A stretch of 64,000 nt of DNA from an uncultured Verrucomicrobiae bacterium (GCA_963834385.1 CAWIBO010000005.1:416001-480000); one strand, 5' to 3'. Counted from the stretch's first letter, positions 18,479-28,968 are shown. Translations and numbers: made by a program. The notes: generated by a model from the letters alone, not told the origin.

Positions 18479-18920
18479 GGGTTTCAAGCTGTTGCCGGAG
18501 GAGGGCGATGGTTTCCCGCAACTGGCGCGCTTCGTCTGCGGCCCTTTGTTTCACCTGCTCCAGGGCGGTGGCCTGTTCGTGGGCCTGCCGTTCCATCTCG
18601 TCGCGCAGGGTGGCGATGGTGGCGTGCAATTGCCGGGCCTCATCTTTCCCGGAGGCCTGGGTCGCCTGCACGGCCTCGCGTTTGGCCAGGTCGAGTTCCT
18701 CCATTTGCGCGCGCAAACTCCCGATGGTGGCCTGGAGCTGCTGCGCTTCGCCCCGGCCGGCAGCGCGCGCGGCCTGCACCTCCTCCTGGCGCGCCGCCTG
18801 CAAACTCTCCATCTCCTCGCGCAGGGCTGCGATGGTGTTCCTCAAGTGCCGCGTCTCCGTTTGCAGACGGTACGTCTCGGCCGCGGCGTCCTGGTCGATC
18901 AGATCGGTCTTCTCCGGCAC
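18468..18920 (-). CDS. Small coiled-coil protein with 36-aa repeats, overlapping the cyclase start
   Basis: Four ExxxLxxTIxxLRxxxE motifs at 36-aa spacing; stop overlaps the cyclase ATG; GTG 18920 chosen as start. Confidence 0.7.
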   Translation of the reverse strand: MPEKTDLIDQDAAAETYRLQTETRHLRNTIAALREEMESLQAARQEEVQAARAAGRGEAQQLQATIGSLRAQMEELDLAKREAVQATQASGKDEARQLHATIATLRDEMERQAHEQATALEQVKQRAADEARQLRETIALLRQQLETHGR

Positions 18921-19002
18921 CCCACAAGTGTCGCGAATAAGGATGGGCGCCCGCAAGAGGGAAGTGGGGGCCGGCTCAGGTCTGAGCCGCCCCCAGCCAG
19001 GC

Positions 19003-22000
19003 CTACTTCATGATGTTTGGCTCGAGCGTTGTAAGCTTCGACCAGGCCGACGCCGGTCGTGTTGCTCGCTCCCTTGACGATGGCGGTGTTAAGTCGGCCG
19101 TGCCCGGGGAAGAAGACGAGGGCCGATTCCTTCGGGTCGGTTGGGGCCAGCCCATAAGCGGTGATCGTGGCCGCGTCCGGGGAGTTGGCCCAGTCATCGT
19201 TGCTGTCGATGAGCTGCCCGTTGGCATTATAGAGTTCCAACACGGGATCCAGGAGCGGATCAGGCACGCCGTGGGCGGCGAGGGAAGGGCCGATCGCGCG
19301 CACCACCACCTCGGCCTGGTTGTTCCCGCGCACAATGATGCCGCCGATCAGCACCTCGTCACCGGTCTGGACATGGGCCCGGGTGGAGATGTTGGCCAGG
19401 GTCGAGCCGTTGTGGATTTCCAGGTCGTAGATCTCGACCAGGCCGATCCCGGTAGTGTCGTTCTTTCCGCTCAGGACCGCGGTGTAATTGGCGTTGGCCA
19501 CAAGTTCCACCAGGATGGCCGCTTCGTTCTGTTCGTCCGGGGCCAGGCCGGTGGCGGTGATCTCATCGGCGTTGGCCGCGTCCTGCCAGTCATCGTTCTC
19601 CGCCAGGAGCATGCCGTTGCTGTCGTAGAGCTTGATGACCGGATCATCCAGGTCGCCGGTCATGTCGAGGGACGGACCCAACCCGCGGATGAGCACCGTC
19701 TTGTTCGGGATCGGGAAGCCGCGCGGGGCGCGGTCCGGGATCTGGGGCCCGCGGACAATAAAGCCGCCGATGGCCACGTTGTCGCCGGTGCCGACGTCGG
19801 CGCGCGAGGAGATTTCGGCGAACTCGCGTTCGCCGTCGCAGAAGTCGCCGATCTGGTTGTTATCGGAATCGGCCTGGTTGGCGTTGGAGACCAGCGGGCA
19901 GTTATCCTCGGTGTCATTGACGCCGTCGTTGTCGTCGTCGGGATCGCAGAGGTCGCCCCGGCCATCCTGGTCGTTGTCGGCCTGGTCGGTATTGGCAGTG
20001 CCTTCGCAGTTATCGATGTCGTCGCAGACATCGTCGCTGTCGGCATCATTGTTGATGTCGTTGGGGCAGGCGTCGCAGGCGTCACCTAAGCCGTCGGTGT
20101 CGCTGTCGAGCTGATCGGGGTTGGAGTCGGTGGGGCAGTTATCAAGGTCGCCGCAGACATCGTCGCTGTCGGCGTCATTGTTGATGTCGTTGGGGCAGGC
20201 GTCGCAGGCGTCACCTAAGCCGTCGGTGTCGCTGTCGAGCTGATCGGGGTTGGAGTCGGTCCGGACAGTTGTCAACGTCGTTCGAGATGCCGTCGCCGTC
20301 GTCGTCGTCGCCGCCGGGCTGGCCCAGAACGAGATACGCGGCTTCGCTCGGGATGCCGTTGGTGAAGACGGTGACCAGGGCCGGGCCTTCCGGGAAACCG
20401 GAGATGGGGGTGGAAGTGAAGCTGGTGTCCGACCAGCCGAGGGTCATATCGACGAGGAGAAAGCGGACCTGCTCGCTGTCGAGCCGGCGCAACTGGACCA
20501 CGGGGTAATTGGTGGAGGAATCCTGGAAGTTGCCGCCGGAGGCCTGGGAGATGCCCTGGAAGCGGAGACCTGTCAGTTCAAGTTGGCCGTCGGGGAGGAC
20601 GAAACGGCGAGACGGTGAGAATCTCCGGCTGCCAGGCAGCGCTGAAGCCAAGTCCCACGTCATAAAGCTCCGCGCTGGCGAGAGTGCCGCTGTCCGTCAT
20701 CGCCGCCGGCGACGAGGACCTTGCCATTGGGCAGGAGGGTGGCCGTGTGAACATACCGCGCGGTGGCGAGGCTGCCGGTGGGGCTCCAGGGGCCGGTGGC
20801 CGGGTCATAAAGCTCCGCGCTGGCGAGAGGGCCGCTGCTCCCAAAGCCGCCGGCGACGAGGACCTTGCCATTGGGCAGGAGGGTGGCCGTGTGTATGATG
20901 CCGCGCGGTGGCGAGGCTGCCGGTGGGGCTCCAGGAGCCGGTGGCCGGGTCATAAAGCTCCGCGCTGGCGAGAAGGCGAGACTGCTATCAGCGCCGCCGG
21001 CGACGAGCGACCTTGCCATTGGGCAGGAGGGTGGCCGTGTGCTGAATACCGCGCGGTGGCGAGGCTGCCGGTGGAGCTCCAGGTGCCGGTGGCCGGGTCA
21101 TAAAGCTCCGCGCTGGCGAGAACGCCGCTGTTTCCATAGCCGCCGGCGACGAGGACCTTGCCATTGGGCAGGAGGGTGGCCGTGTGATATATCGCGCGTC
21201 GGCGAGGTTGCCGGTGGAGCTCCAGGAGCCGGTGGCCGGGTCATAAAGCTCCGCGCTGGCGAGAATGCTGCTGCTGCCAAAGCCGCCGGCGACGAGGACC
21301 TTGCCATTGGGCAGGAGGGTGGCCGTGTGAGAAGACCGCGCGGTGGCGAGGTTGCCGGTGGGGCTCCAGGGGCCGGTGGCCGGGTCATAGAGCTCCGCGC
21401 TGGCGAGAGCGCTGCTGCCGTCCCATAGCCGCCGGCGACGAGGACCTTGCCATTGGGCAGGAGGGTGGCCGTGTGAACAGTACCGCGCGGTGGCGAGGCT
21501 GCCGGTGGGGCTCCAGGAGCCGGTGGCCGGGTCATAAAGCTCCGCGCTGGCGAGGCTGTCGCTGCCACTCATGGCCGCCGGCGACGAGGACCTTGCCATT
21601 GGGCAGGAGGGTGGCCGTGTGACGATACCGCGCGGTGGCGAGGTTGCCGGTGGGGCTCCAGGAGCCGGTGGCCGGGTCATAAAGCTCCGCGCTGGCGAGA
21701 CGGCCGCTGGTCGCTAAGCCGCCGGCGACGAGGACCTTGCCATTGGGCAGGAGGGTGGCCGTGTGATAATTCCGCGCGGTGGCGAGGCTGCCGGTGGAGC
21801 TCCAGGTGCCGATGTCCGGGTCATAAAGCTCCGCGCTGGCGAGAACGCCGCTGTCCCACGCCGCCGGCGACGAGGACCTTGCCATTGGGCAGGAGGGTGG
21901 CCGTGTGAAGATACCGCGCGGCTGGCGAGGCTGCCGGTGGAGCTCCAGGTGCCGATGTCCGGGTCATAAAGCTCCGCGCTGGCGAGAGGGGTGCAACTGC

Positions 22001-22794
22001 TCCAACGCCGCCGGCGACGAGGACCTTGCCATTGGGCAGGAGGGTGGCCGTGTGATCATACCGCGCGGTGGCGAGGCTGCCGGTGGAGCTCCAGGTGCCG
22101 GTGTCCGGGTCATAAAGCTCCGCGCTGGCGAGAACGCTCTGCTGCCAAAGCCGCCGGCGACGAGGACCTTGCCATTGGGCAGAAGGGTGGCCGTGTGAGA
22201 ATACCGCGCGGTGGCGAGGTTGCCGGTGGAACTCCAGAGGCCGGTGGCCGGGTCATAAAGCTCCGCGCTGGCGAGACGGCTGCTAGTCCCATCGCCGCCG
22301 GCGACGAGGACCTTGCCATTGGGCAGGAGGGTGGCCGTGTGATAATACCGCGCGGTGGCGAGGCTGCCGGTGGAGCTCCAGGAGCCGGTGGCCGGGTCAT
22401 AAAGCTCCGCGCTGGCGAGAGTGCTGACTGCTGCCAAGAGCCGCCGGCGACGAGGACCTTGCCATTGGGCAGGAGGGTGGCCGTGTGAACATACCGCGCG
22501 GTGGCGAGGCTGCCGGTGGGGCTCCAGGAGCCGGTGGCCGGGTCATAAAGCTCCGCGCTGGCGAGAGCGCTGCTGCCAAAGCCGCCGGCGACGAGGACCT
22601 TGCCATTGGGCAGGAGGGTGGCCGTGTGAAAATACCGCGCGGTGGCGAGGCTGCCGGTGTCGCCAAAGGTGAAAGGCGAAGCTTCGGCTAGCGGCGCAAA
22701 AAACGTTGTCGCCAAAGCCAGCCAAAGGAGGCAGAAGCCAAAGAGGCCGGTGGGAAGAACGTGACGGAGACGGACGAGACAGGGGAGTATTCAT
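19003..22794 (-). CDS. Large secreted protein: 14 kelch repeats + linker domain + thrombospondin type 3 repeats + duplicated ISxR C-terminal domain (many frameshifts)
   Basis: Signal peptide (..[23 protein letters not shown]); repeated [26 protein letters not shown]...LASAELYDP; DxDxDGxGDACD repeats; [13 protein letters not shown] and [13 protein letters not shown]; reconstructed end YNLEPNIMK* at 19003. Confidence 0.85.
20023..20260. repeat. Direct repeat of about 109 nt (129-nt period) within the TSP3 region
   Basis: 20023-20131 and 20152-20260 differ at one position by eye. Confidence 0.85.
20660..22660 (-). repeat. Tandem array of 14 near-identical ~144-bp kelch-coding units
   Basis: The core gacgaggaccttgccattgggcaggagggtggccgtgtg occurs 14 times (two copies with a single change) at about 144-nt spacing. 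Confidence 0.95.
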
Positions 22795-22982
22795 GGAGGA
22801 GGTGGGGTTAAGCCGGTGGTGGTCCGCCTCGTAACCAGCCGTCCTCCCTCGTGAAGATGACGTCCGGTTCCAGTGCCGACCTGGTGATTAGCGCCAGCGC
22901 CGGCGGCGCTGCGCCGGCAAACGCCGGCTGCATCAGCCGGCTCCGGAGGAACGTCGAGACGTCGATGACTCGATCGCCGCGG

Positions 22983-23042
22983 AGACTGCGGAGACCGAAT
23001 CTCGGCGTCAAGCGGAAAAACGTATTCTAATTAAAAAATTAA
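22983..23042 (-). promoter_or_regulatory. Putative sigma70 promoter of the kelch gene with an AT-rich UP-like element
   Basis: Minus strand TTGACG (23011-23006), 17-nt spacer, CAGTCT (22988-22983), preceded by aattttttaattagaatacgttttt. Confidence 0.45.
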
Positions 23043-23296
23043 TGCCGCGAGTGCCGCGGGACGACGAGCGCGCACCAGAGCATGGATCGCGGGGGCCCAG
23101 GTGATCCGCTCTCGCGAAGTGGCAAACGGAAGATCGCGTCAACGACATGGTGTCAGGGACGCGATCGGCGAAAGAACTACAGAATTGCCAGAATCGGCGA
23201 CAAGAGTGAAAACGCGCCCGCCGTATTAGTCTTGGGAGGGTTGTACCGGGATCGGTTCGCGCAGAGAGCACCGGAGCGCAATCGTGGATCCGATCC

Positions 23297-24085
23297 CTAG
23301 GAAGAAACCTTGACCGTGACGGTGACGAAGTCGCTTTCCCAGTCGAAGCCTGCCTTGGCTGATTTTCGCAAATCCGTTCCGCGCAGAAGCCAGCGACCAC
23401 TTTTCGGGAGTTGGAAGGTGACAAAACCCTCCGCATCAGTCTCCCGGGTTTCGCCGCCAGTTTCGCCTTCGCGCAGAGCGTTGACCCGAAAACCGGGAAG
23501 TGGTTTGCCATTCCTCAAGGCTCGCACCGCAAACGATGCGCCGGGGGTCAGGCGGGTGGGATCCTGCGTGGGGACCAGCTCCAGGGCAAGGCCCGCCGGC
23601 TCTTTCCACGAAGAATCATCGGCGTCGCCGACCCTGATGAACGTGGTCGCATGTTTGGTGTAGGATTCGCGGAAGCTCTTCGCCTTCATGGCTTCTGCGC
23701 GTGTTTCCGCGGAGACACTGATCTCCTCGAGATATTCCTTCACCTGGGCCGGGGTGAGCTCGATCGAGCGCGCGGGCGACTCGAGCCAGACCAGCGCGAT
23801 CCCGGGCTTGGCGGCCGCTCCGCGAAATTTCATTGATTGCTTTCCCGGTGGCGAATCCTTCAGTCGAAATGTCTGCCCGGCGAGGCGGACCTGGACAAGG
23901 CGTTCCTTGTTGGGTTTGGGTGCGGAATCGAGCGCGGGAAACGCCATGCCGCTGGTCAGCTCAACCGTAATGGTCTGGCCTGGGGCGAGGGCGAACTTCG
24001 CCGGCATCAGCCAGGTGTCGTGCCCGTAAAGCAGACTCGCGCCGCCCAAAAACGCGAGGCAAATGAAAATCGCGCGCTTGTTCAC
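23297..24085 (-). CDS. DUF4198 domain periplasmic protein
   Basis: Signal peptide then HDTWL; GLALELVP..DP, TDAEG, GRWLLRG. Confidence 0.8.
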   Translation of the reverse strand: MNKRAIFICLAFLGGASLLYGHDTWLMPAKFALAPGQTITVELTSGMAFPALDSAPKPNKERLVQVRLAGQTFRLKDSPPGKQSMKFRGAAAKPGIALVWLESPARSIELTPAQVKEYLEEISVSAETRAEAMKAKSFRESYTKHATTFIRVGDADDSSWKEPAGLALELVPTQDPTRLTPGASFAVRALRNGKPLPGFRVNALREGETGGETRETDAEGFVTFQLPKSGRWLLRGTDLRKSAKAGFDWESDFVTVTVKVSS

Positions 24086-24519
24086 GGCGCCAGCGCTTCG
24101 GCGGGATATTGGGCTTTCACCAGCTTGAGCGCGGCCTGGAGCTTCCGGAATTGCACTCGCGTCATCGGCATGTCGCTCTTGTCGGCGGCGTGATGGACGC
24201 TGTCCGCCAGGCGAAGGGCCTGGGCCAGGGCCGAACTGAGGCGGGTGGCCTTCTCTCCGGTGACCATGGGGCTGTTCTTCTCGAGGTAACGCAGTCCCGA
24301 CGAAACCTTCGCTTCCAGGTCATGGATGGCCTGGTACTGTTTGGCTTCAATCGCCGCCTCGATAGCGCGCATGTTCTCCTCCACGACCTTCCAGGCGGCA
24401 CCCGTCCCGGCGTGATCTTCCGCCGGTGCGGCATGGGAATGTTCATCTCCGTCGTCGTGGGCAAAAACAGGAATCACCCCAAGGAAGAGGGCGAGGAGGC
24501 AAAGGCGCACGGATCTCAT
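24082..24519 (-). CDS. Exported His-rich helical protein, possibly metal-binding
   Basis: Signal peptide then HDDGDEHSH; 4-bp overlap with the DUF4198 gene. Confidence 0.6.
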   Translation of the reverse strand: MRSVRLCLLALFLGVIPVFAHDDGDEHSHAAPAEDHAGTGAAWKVVEENMRAIEAAIEAKQYQAIHDLEAKVSSGLRYLEKNSPMVTGEKATRLSSALAQALRLADSVHHAADKSDMPMTRVQFRKLQAALKLVKAQYPAEALAP

Positions 24520-24610
24520 AGGTCAGCGTAGAGCGAAATCGCATTACAAGCCAGTCCCCGGGGGCGATTTCTCCACGCATTCGGACCGGCAGGTGCGAAC
24601 TTTCTGGCGT

Positions 24611-25444
24611 ATGCGTGCCATCTGGAAAGGGAGTATCAGCTTTGGTCTCGTCAACATCCCGATCGCGCTCTATTCGGCCACGCGGCGGGAGGAACTGAAG
24701 TTCCGGCTGTTGCGGGAGTCCGACCTGAGCCCGGTCAATTACAAACGGGTGGCGGAGAAGGATGGCAAGGAGGTGCCCTGGGGAAAGATCGTTAAAGGCT
24801 ACGAATACGAGAAGGGGAAATTCGTGGTCCTGAACGAGAAGGATTTCCAACGAGTCGACCTCGAGGCCACCCAGACCGTCGACATCCAGGACTTCGTGGA
24901 TGTGGAGGAGATCGACCCGATGTTTTTCTACAAGCCTTACTACCTGGAGCCGCAGAAAGGCGGCGACAAAGCCTACTCCCTCCTGCGCAAGGCGCTGGAG
25001 GAGTCAGGCAAAGTGGGCATTGCCAAGGTGGTGATCAAGACGCGGCAATACCTGGCCGGGGTCAAGGCCAAGGACGAAGTGCTCGTGCTCGAGCTGATGC
25101 ATTTTGCCGATGAATTGGCGGCGACGGACAAGCTGAAGGTGCCGCAGAAGATCACGCCCGGGAAAAAAGAGGTGGAGATGGCGCAGGCGCTGATCAAGAG
25201 CATGACGGCAAAGTGGGACCCGGAGAAGTACACCGACGATTACAAGGAAGCGCTCATGGAGGTGATTGAGGAGAAGGTGGAATCGGGCGGAAAGGAGCTC
25301 GAGGAGAAGCCGAAGAAGAAGGAGCCCTCGTCGAAGGTGATCGACCTGGTGGCGGTCCTGCAGCAAAGCCTGGAGCAATCGAAAGGCGGCAAGAAAACGA
25401 AGGGCAGGAAGAAGAGCGCGAAGACGCAGAAGAAGGCGGCCTGA
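24611..25444 (+). CDS. ku: Non-homologous end joining protein Ku
   Basis: MRAIWKGSISFGLVNIPI...IVKGYEY...PYYLEP; Lys-rich tail. Confidence 0.95.
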   Translation: MRAIWKGSISFGLVNIPIALYSATRREELKFRLLRESDLSPVNYKRVAEKDGKEVPWGKIVKGYEYEKGKFVVLNEKDFQRVDLEATQTVDIQDFVDVEEIDPMFFYKPYYLEPQKGGDKAYSLLRKALEESGKVGIAKVVIKTRQYLAGVKAKDEVLVLELMHFADELAATDKLKVPQKITPGKKEVEMAQALIKSMTAKWDPEKYTDDYKEALMEVIEEKVESGGKELEEKPKKKEPSSKVIDLVAVLQQSLEQSKGGKKTKGRKKSAKTQKKAA

Positions 25445-25775
25445 GGCGGGGGAGATTTACCACAGAGACGCAGAGGACACAGAGAAGGCGGATTTACCAC
25501 AGAGAGCACGGAGGGCACAGAGGAAAGCGGATTCGGGACCATTCACCATCCACGACTCACCATTCACGCCCATCGTCCCTCCCCGGTGGGGCGAGACTCT
25601 GTCGAGCCTGGATCACCACAGAGACGCAGAGGACGCAGGAGGATCAGGATTCTCGAGGGAAGGGAGATAGCCTGCGTCCGACTGTTCGCGGCGCGTGCTC
25701 CCAGGCTCCGCGGAGCGTCGCCCTACCGGGGGAGGCAACGCCGCGCACTATTCACGATTCACCATTTACTATTCA
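25445..25775. repeat. Mosaic intergenic repeat, copy B
   Basis: Same module order as copy A: 9-mers, heptamers, REP-left 25584-25611, 9-mers, REP-right 25701-25728, heptamers. Confidence 0.9.
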
Positions 25776-26640
25776 CGCCCCTCGTTCCTCCCACGCGGTG
25801 AGGAAAGCGTCGATTAGTTCCGGCAGTTCATCGCTGTAGCCGCCTTCAAGGATAGCTGCGGCTGGCACCCCGGATTCTTTTAACCATTCGCCACACTGGG
25901 CGAAGTCCTCCTTCTCGAGGGTCATTTCCGTGATCGGGTCGTTTATGTAGGCGTCGAACCCGGCCGAGACCAGGAGCAGGTCCACCTTCGCTTCGAGCAG
26001 ACAATCCAGCCCTCGCCGAATCTCGGTCATGTGCCGGAGAGCGGGCGGTTCCGGGCTGCACGGGATAGTTATAAATGTTTCCGGATGATTCGGTCCCGGT
26101 GCCCGGGTAACCCGGATACTGATGAATGGAAGCAAAGACAATCTGCGGGTGCCCGGCCACGATGGCTTCGGTGCCATTGCCGTGGTGCGCGTCGAAATCC
26201 CAGATCCCGACGCGCCGGACGCCGTGCGCGACAGCTTCAAGCGCGGCGATGGCGATGTGGCTGAAAAAACAAAACCCCATGGCCTGGTCGCGTGTCGCGT
26301 GGTGTCCGGGCGGGCGCATGAGACTGAAAGCCTGGCCCCCCTCCATCGCGACGTGCGCGGCGGCGACGGCTGCTCCGGCCGCGCGGGCTGCGTGCTCGTA
26401 AACGCCGGCGTAGGCAGGTGAGTCGGCGTCGAAATCTTCGCGGGCGGCCCGGATCGTCTCCAGGTGTCCGGGTGTGTGCGCGCGCAAAAGCATCTCTTCG
26501 CTCGCAGCCTCCGGCTGGCGCCATTCCCACTCCGGGTGCCTTTGTTTGAGCACGGGAACGGTGCGAGCAATCCGGGCCGGTCGCTCGGGATGCCCGGGAC
26601 GGGCAAACTCCGTTGAACGAGGGTCGTGAAGAATAATCAT
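25773..26640 (-). CDS. Histone deacetylase family (acetoin utilization AcuC-like) protein (frameshift near 26040)
   Basis: GHPERPAR, RPPGHHA, GFC and DFDAHHGNGT in one frame; SAGFDAY and LEGGY in the other. Confidence 0.9.
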
Positions 26641-26732
26641 GGGCGCAGGTCGGCCCTCTGACCTTAAAAAAGGCCGGGGCGCGCGCAACGAACGATTGTC
26701 TCCGGCGGCACCCCGCGTTATCTGGCAGGGCA

Positions 26733-28968
26733 ATGTCAGCCCGGCGCAAACAACCGCGACAGCCTGCGGGAAAACCGCTGATCGCCGCCGATGCCGCCGC
26801 GGGTCGGCCAATAATGGCGTGGCTGGTTTGCCTGATCCTGGCGGTCATGACCTGGGCCGTCTTTGGCCAGACGCTCCGGCACGATTTTGTCGACTACGAC
26901 GATCGCGACTACGTGCTGGAGAATGACGTGGTGAAACGGGGCCTGACGGCGGAAGGTTTTCGTTACGCCTTCGCCCGGGTGCACGCCGGCAACTGGCATC
27001 CGCTCACCACCTTGTCGCACATGGCCGACGTGGAGTGGCACGGGTTGAAACCGGGCGGCCACCACCTGACGAATGTGGTCCTGCACGGCGGCGCGGTTCT
27101 CCTGCTCTTTGTCGCTTTGCGCCGGATGACGGGGTCCATCTGGCGCAGCGCGCTTGTTGCGGCGATTTTTGCGATTCATCCGCTCCGCGCGGAATCGGTG
27201 GCCTGGATTGCCGAGCGGAAGGATGTCCTCAGCGGCTTCTTCTTCGTGGCCACCCTCGTGGCTTACTCGTGGTACGCCAGCCGCGTGCAATCGCACTGGC
27301 GCTACCTCACTGTGATCATCCTGGCCGTCGCCGGCATGATGTCGAAACCGATGCTGGTGACCCTGCCGTTCGTGCTTCTTTTGCTGGATGTGTGGCCCCT
27401 GCGCCGGTTCCCGACGGGGGCCTCGGGCCATTGGACTGCACTGTGGCCCCTGGTGCGCGAGAAGATCCCGCTCTTCCTGCTTTCGGCTGGATCAAGCGCC
27501 GTGACCGTTTTCGCGCAGGAGACAGCCGTAGTGCCGCTGCAGGATCTGCCGACCGGCATGCGGATGGCCAACGCCGTGGTGAGCTATTGCGTTTATTTGA
27601 TCAAACTGGTCTGGCCGATGGGCTTGGCCCCCTTTTACCCGCACCAGCACGAAACGATTCCCGTCTGGCAGATCGCGGGGGGATTGCTGTGGCTCGGCGG
27701 GGTAACCACCGCCGTGGTCTGGCAATGGCGTCGGCGGCCTTATCTGCTCGTGGGCTGGTTCTGGTATCTGGGCATGCTTTTCCCCGTGATCGGGATCATG
27801 CAGGTGGGCATGCAGGCCCGGGCGGACCGTTACACCTATCTGCCGGTCATCGGGGTGGTCTTTGCCCTGGTCTGGCTTCTGCGTGAACTGATCGGGGAGC
27901 GACGGGTTCTGAAGATCGTCCGCAGGCCTGGGTGCGCTTGTCGTTGTCGCGCTCCTGGCGCTGGCCGCCTCACGCCAGGTTTCGTTCTGGAAAAACTCTG
28001 AAATCCTCTGGCGACACGCCTTGACGATCAACAACGACAGCCCGGTGGCGCACAACGCACTCGCTTTCACCCTGATGAAAAGCAACCGGGAGACGGAAGC
28101 GGTTGGTCACCTGGAGCAGGCCATGCGTCTGCAGCCGGGGTCCGTCGAGGTCGGGGCGAATTTGGGAGTGGCCCTGACGAAGATCGGCCGGACCGGCGAA
28201 GGGATCGCCTTGTTGCGTAAAGTCGCGCAAGCGATGGGCGACGATCCAAAAGGCCACGGCTATCTCGGGACCGCCTTGGTGCGCGCGGGCCGGTTCGAGG
28301 AAGGCGCGGCCGCGTTCCGGCAGGCCCTGTTGAAGCAACCCGGCAATGCCACCACCCATTTCAAACTTGGAGAGGCGCTGGCTTCCGGTGGGCAAAGGGA
28401 GGAAGCGCTGGAGGCCTTTCGCGAATCTGTCCGGCAGGACCCAAAGGTTCCTGAGACCCGTCTCGCTCTTGGCAATACGCTGGTGGAACTCGGACGCGTG
28501 CAGGAGGCGATCCCGCACTTCGAGAGCGCTCTGGAGATCGCCCCGAAACTGGTCGACGCCCACTTCAATCTCGGGATTGCCCTGATCATGACCCAGCGAT
28601 TTTCCGAGGCGGTCGAACATTGGCGGAAGGCCTACGAGCTGGCGCCGGAGCTTCCGGGTTTGCGACAAAACCTTGCCTGGATTCTGGCGACCCATCCGGA
28701 CCCAGCGGTTCGAAACGGGGAGGAAAGTGTCGCGCTCGGTCGCGCCCTGATTGCGGCCGCTCCGCAGGATGCGATGGCGCGACGCACTTATGCGGCCGGC
28801 CTGGCGGAGGTGGGACGGTTCGAAGAGGCCGGGGCCGTGGCGAGCCAGGGGTTGGAGATGGCGCGGGCAGGCGCGAACAGCGGCCTGGCGGCTGCCTTGG
28901 AGGCGGACCTGGCGAGTTATCAACGGCAGCAACCGGTGCGCGACCAGAGTTTGGGGTCGGCACGGTGA
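26733..28968 (+). CDS. TMTC-like membrane glycosyltransferase with C-terminal TPR repeats (frameshift near 27925)
   Basis: DYDD, NWHPLT, HPLRAESVAWIAERKD, ADRYTYLP, then TPR repeats in 28021-28968. Confidence 0.85.

Noticed and set aside
16649..18940. Long antisense ORFs (16649-18940 +, also 9637-11514 +, 82-1059 +, 47255-48649 +)
   Set aside because: Shadow frames opposite clear genes, as expected from high-GC codon bias; no recognisable motifs.
18899..19002. C-terminal extension of the kelch protein to 18899
   Set aside because: Probably caused by an extra base near 19027; the alternative frame gives YNLEPNIMK* at 19003 and avoids overlap with the next gene.
20660..22660. CRISPR array
   Set aside because: The regularly spaced conserved blocks are 144-nt coding units with conserved inter-block sequence that translate as kelch repeats; no cas genes are present.
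20660..22660. Classical diversity-generating retroelement
   Set aside because: NNT variation is suggestive, but no RT, Avd or template repeat lies in the window, and adenines such as AAT-GGC-AAG (NGK) are invariant in all units. Only a trans-acting version remains possible.
22808..23011. 67-aa upstream ORF ending RGGPPPA (arrest-peptide-like)
   Set aside because: Its TTG start coincides with the predicted -35 box, it has no SD or signal peptide, and the motif is not a true RAPP/RGPP.
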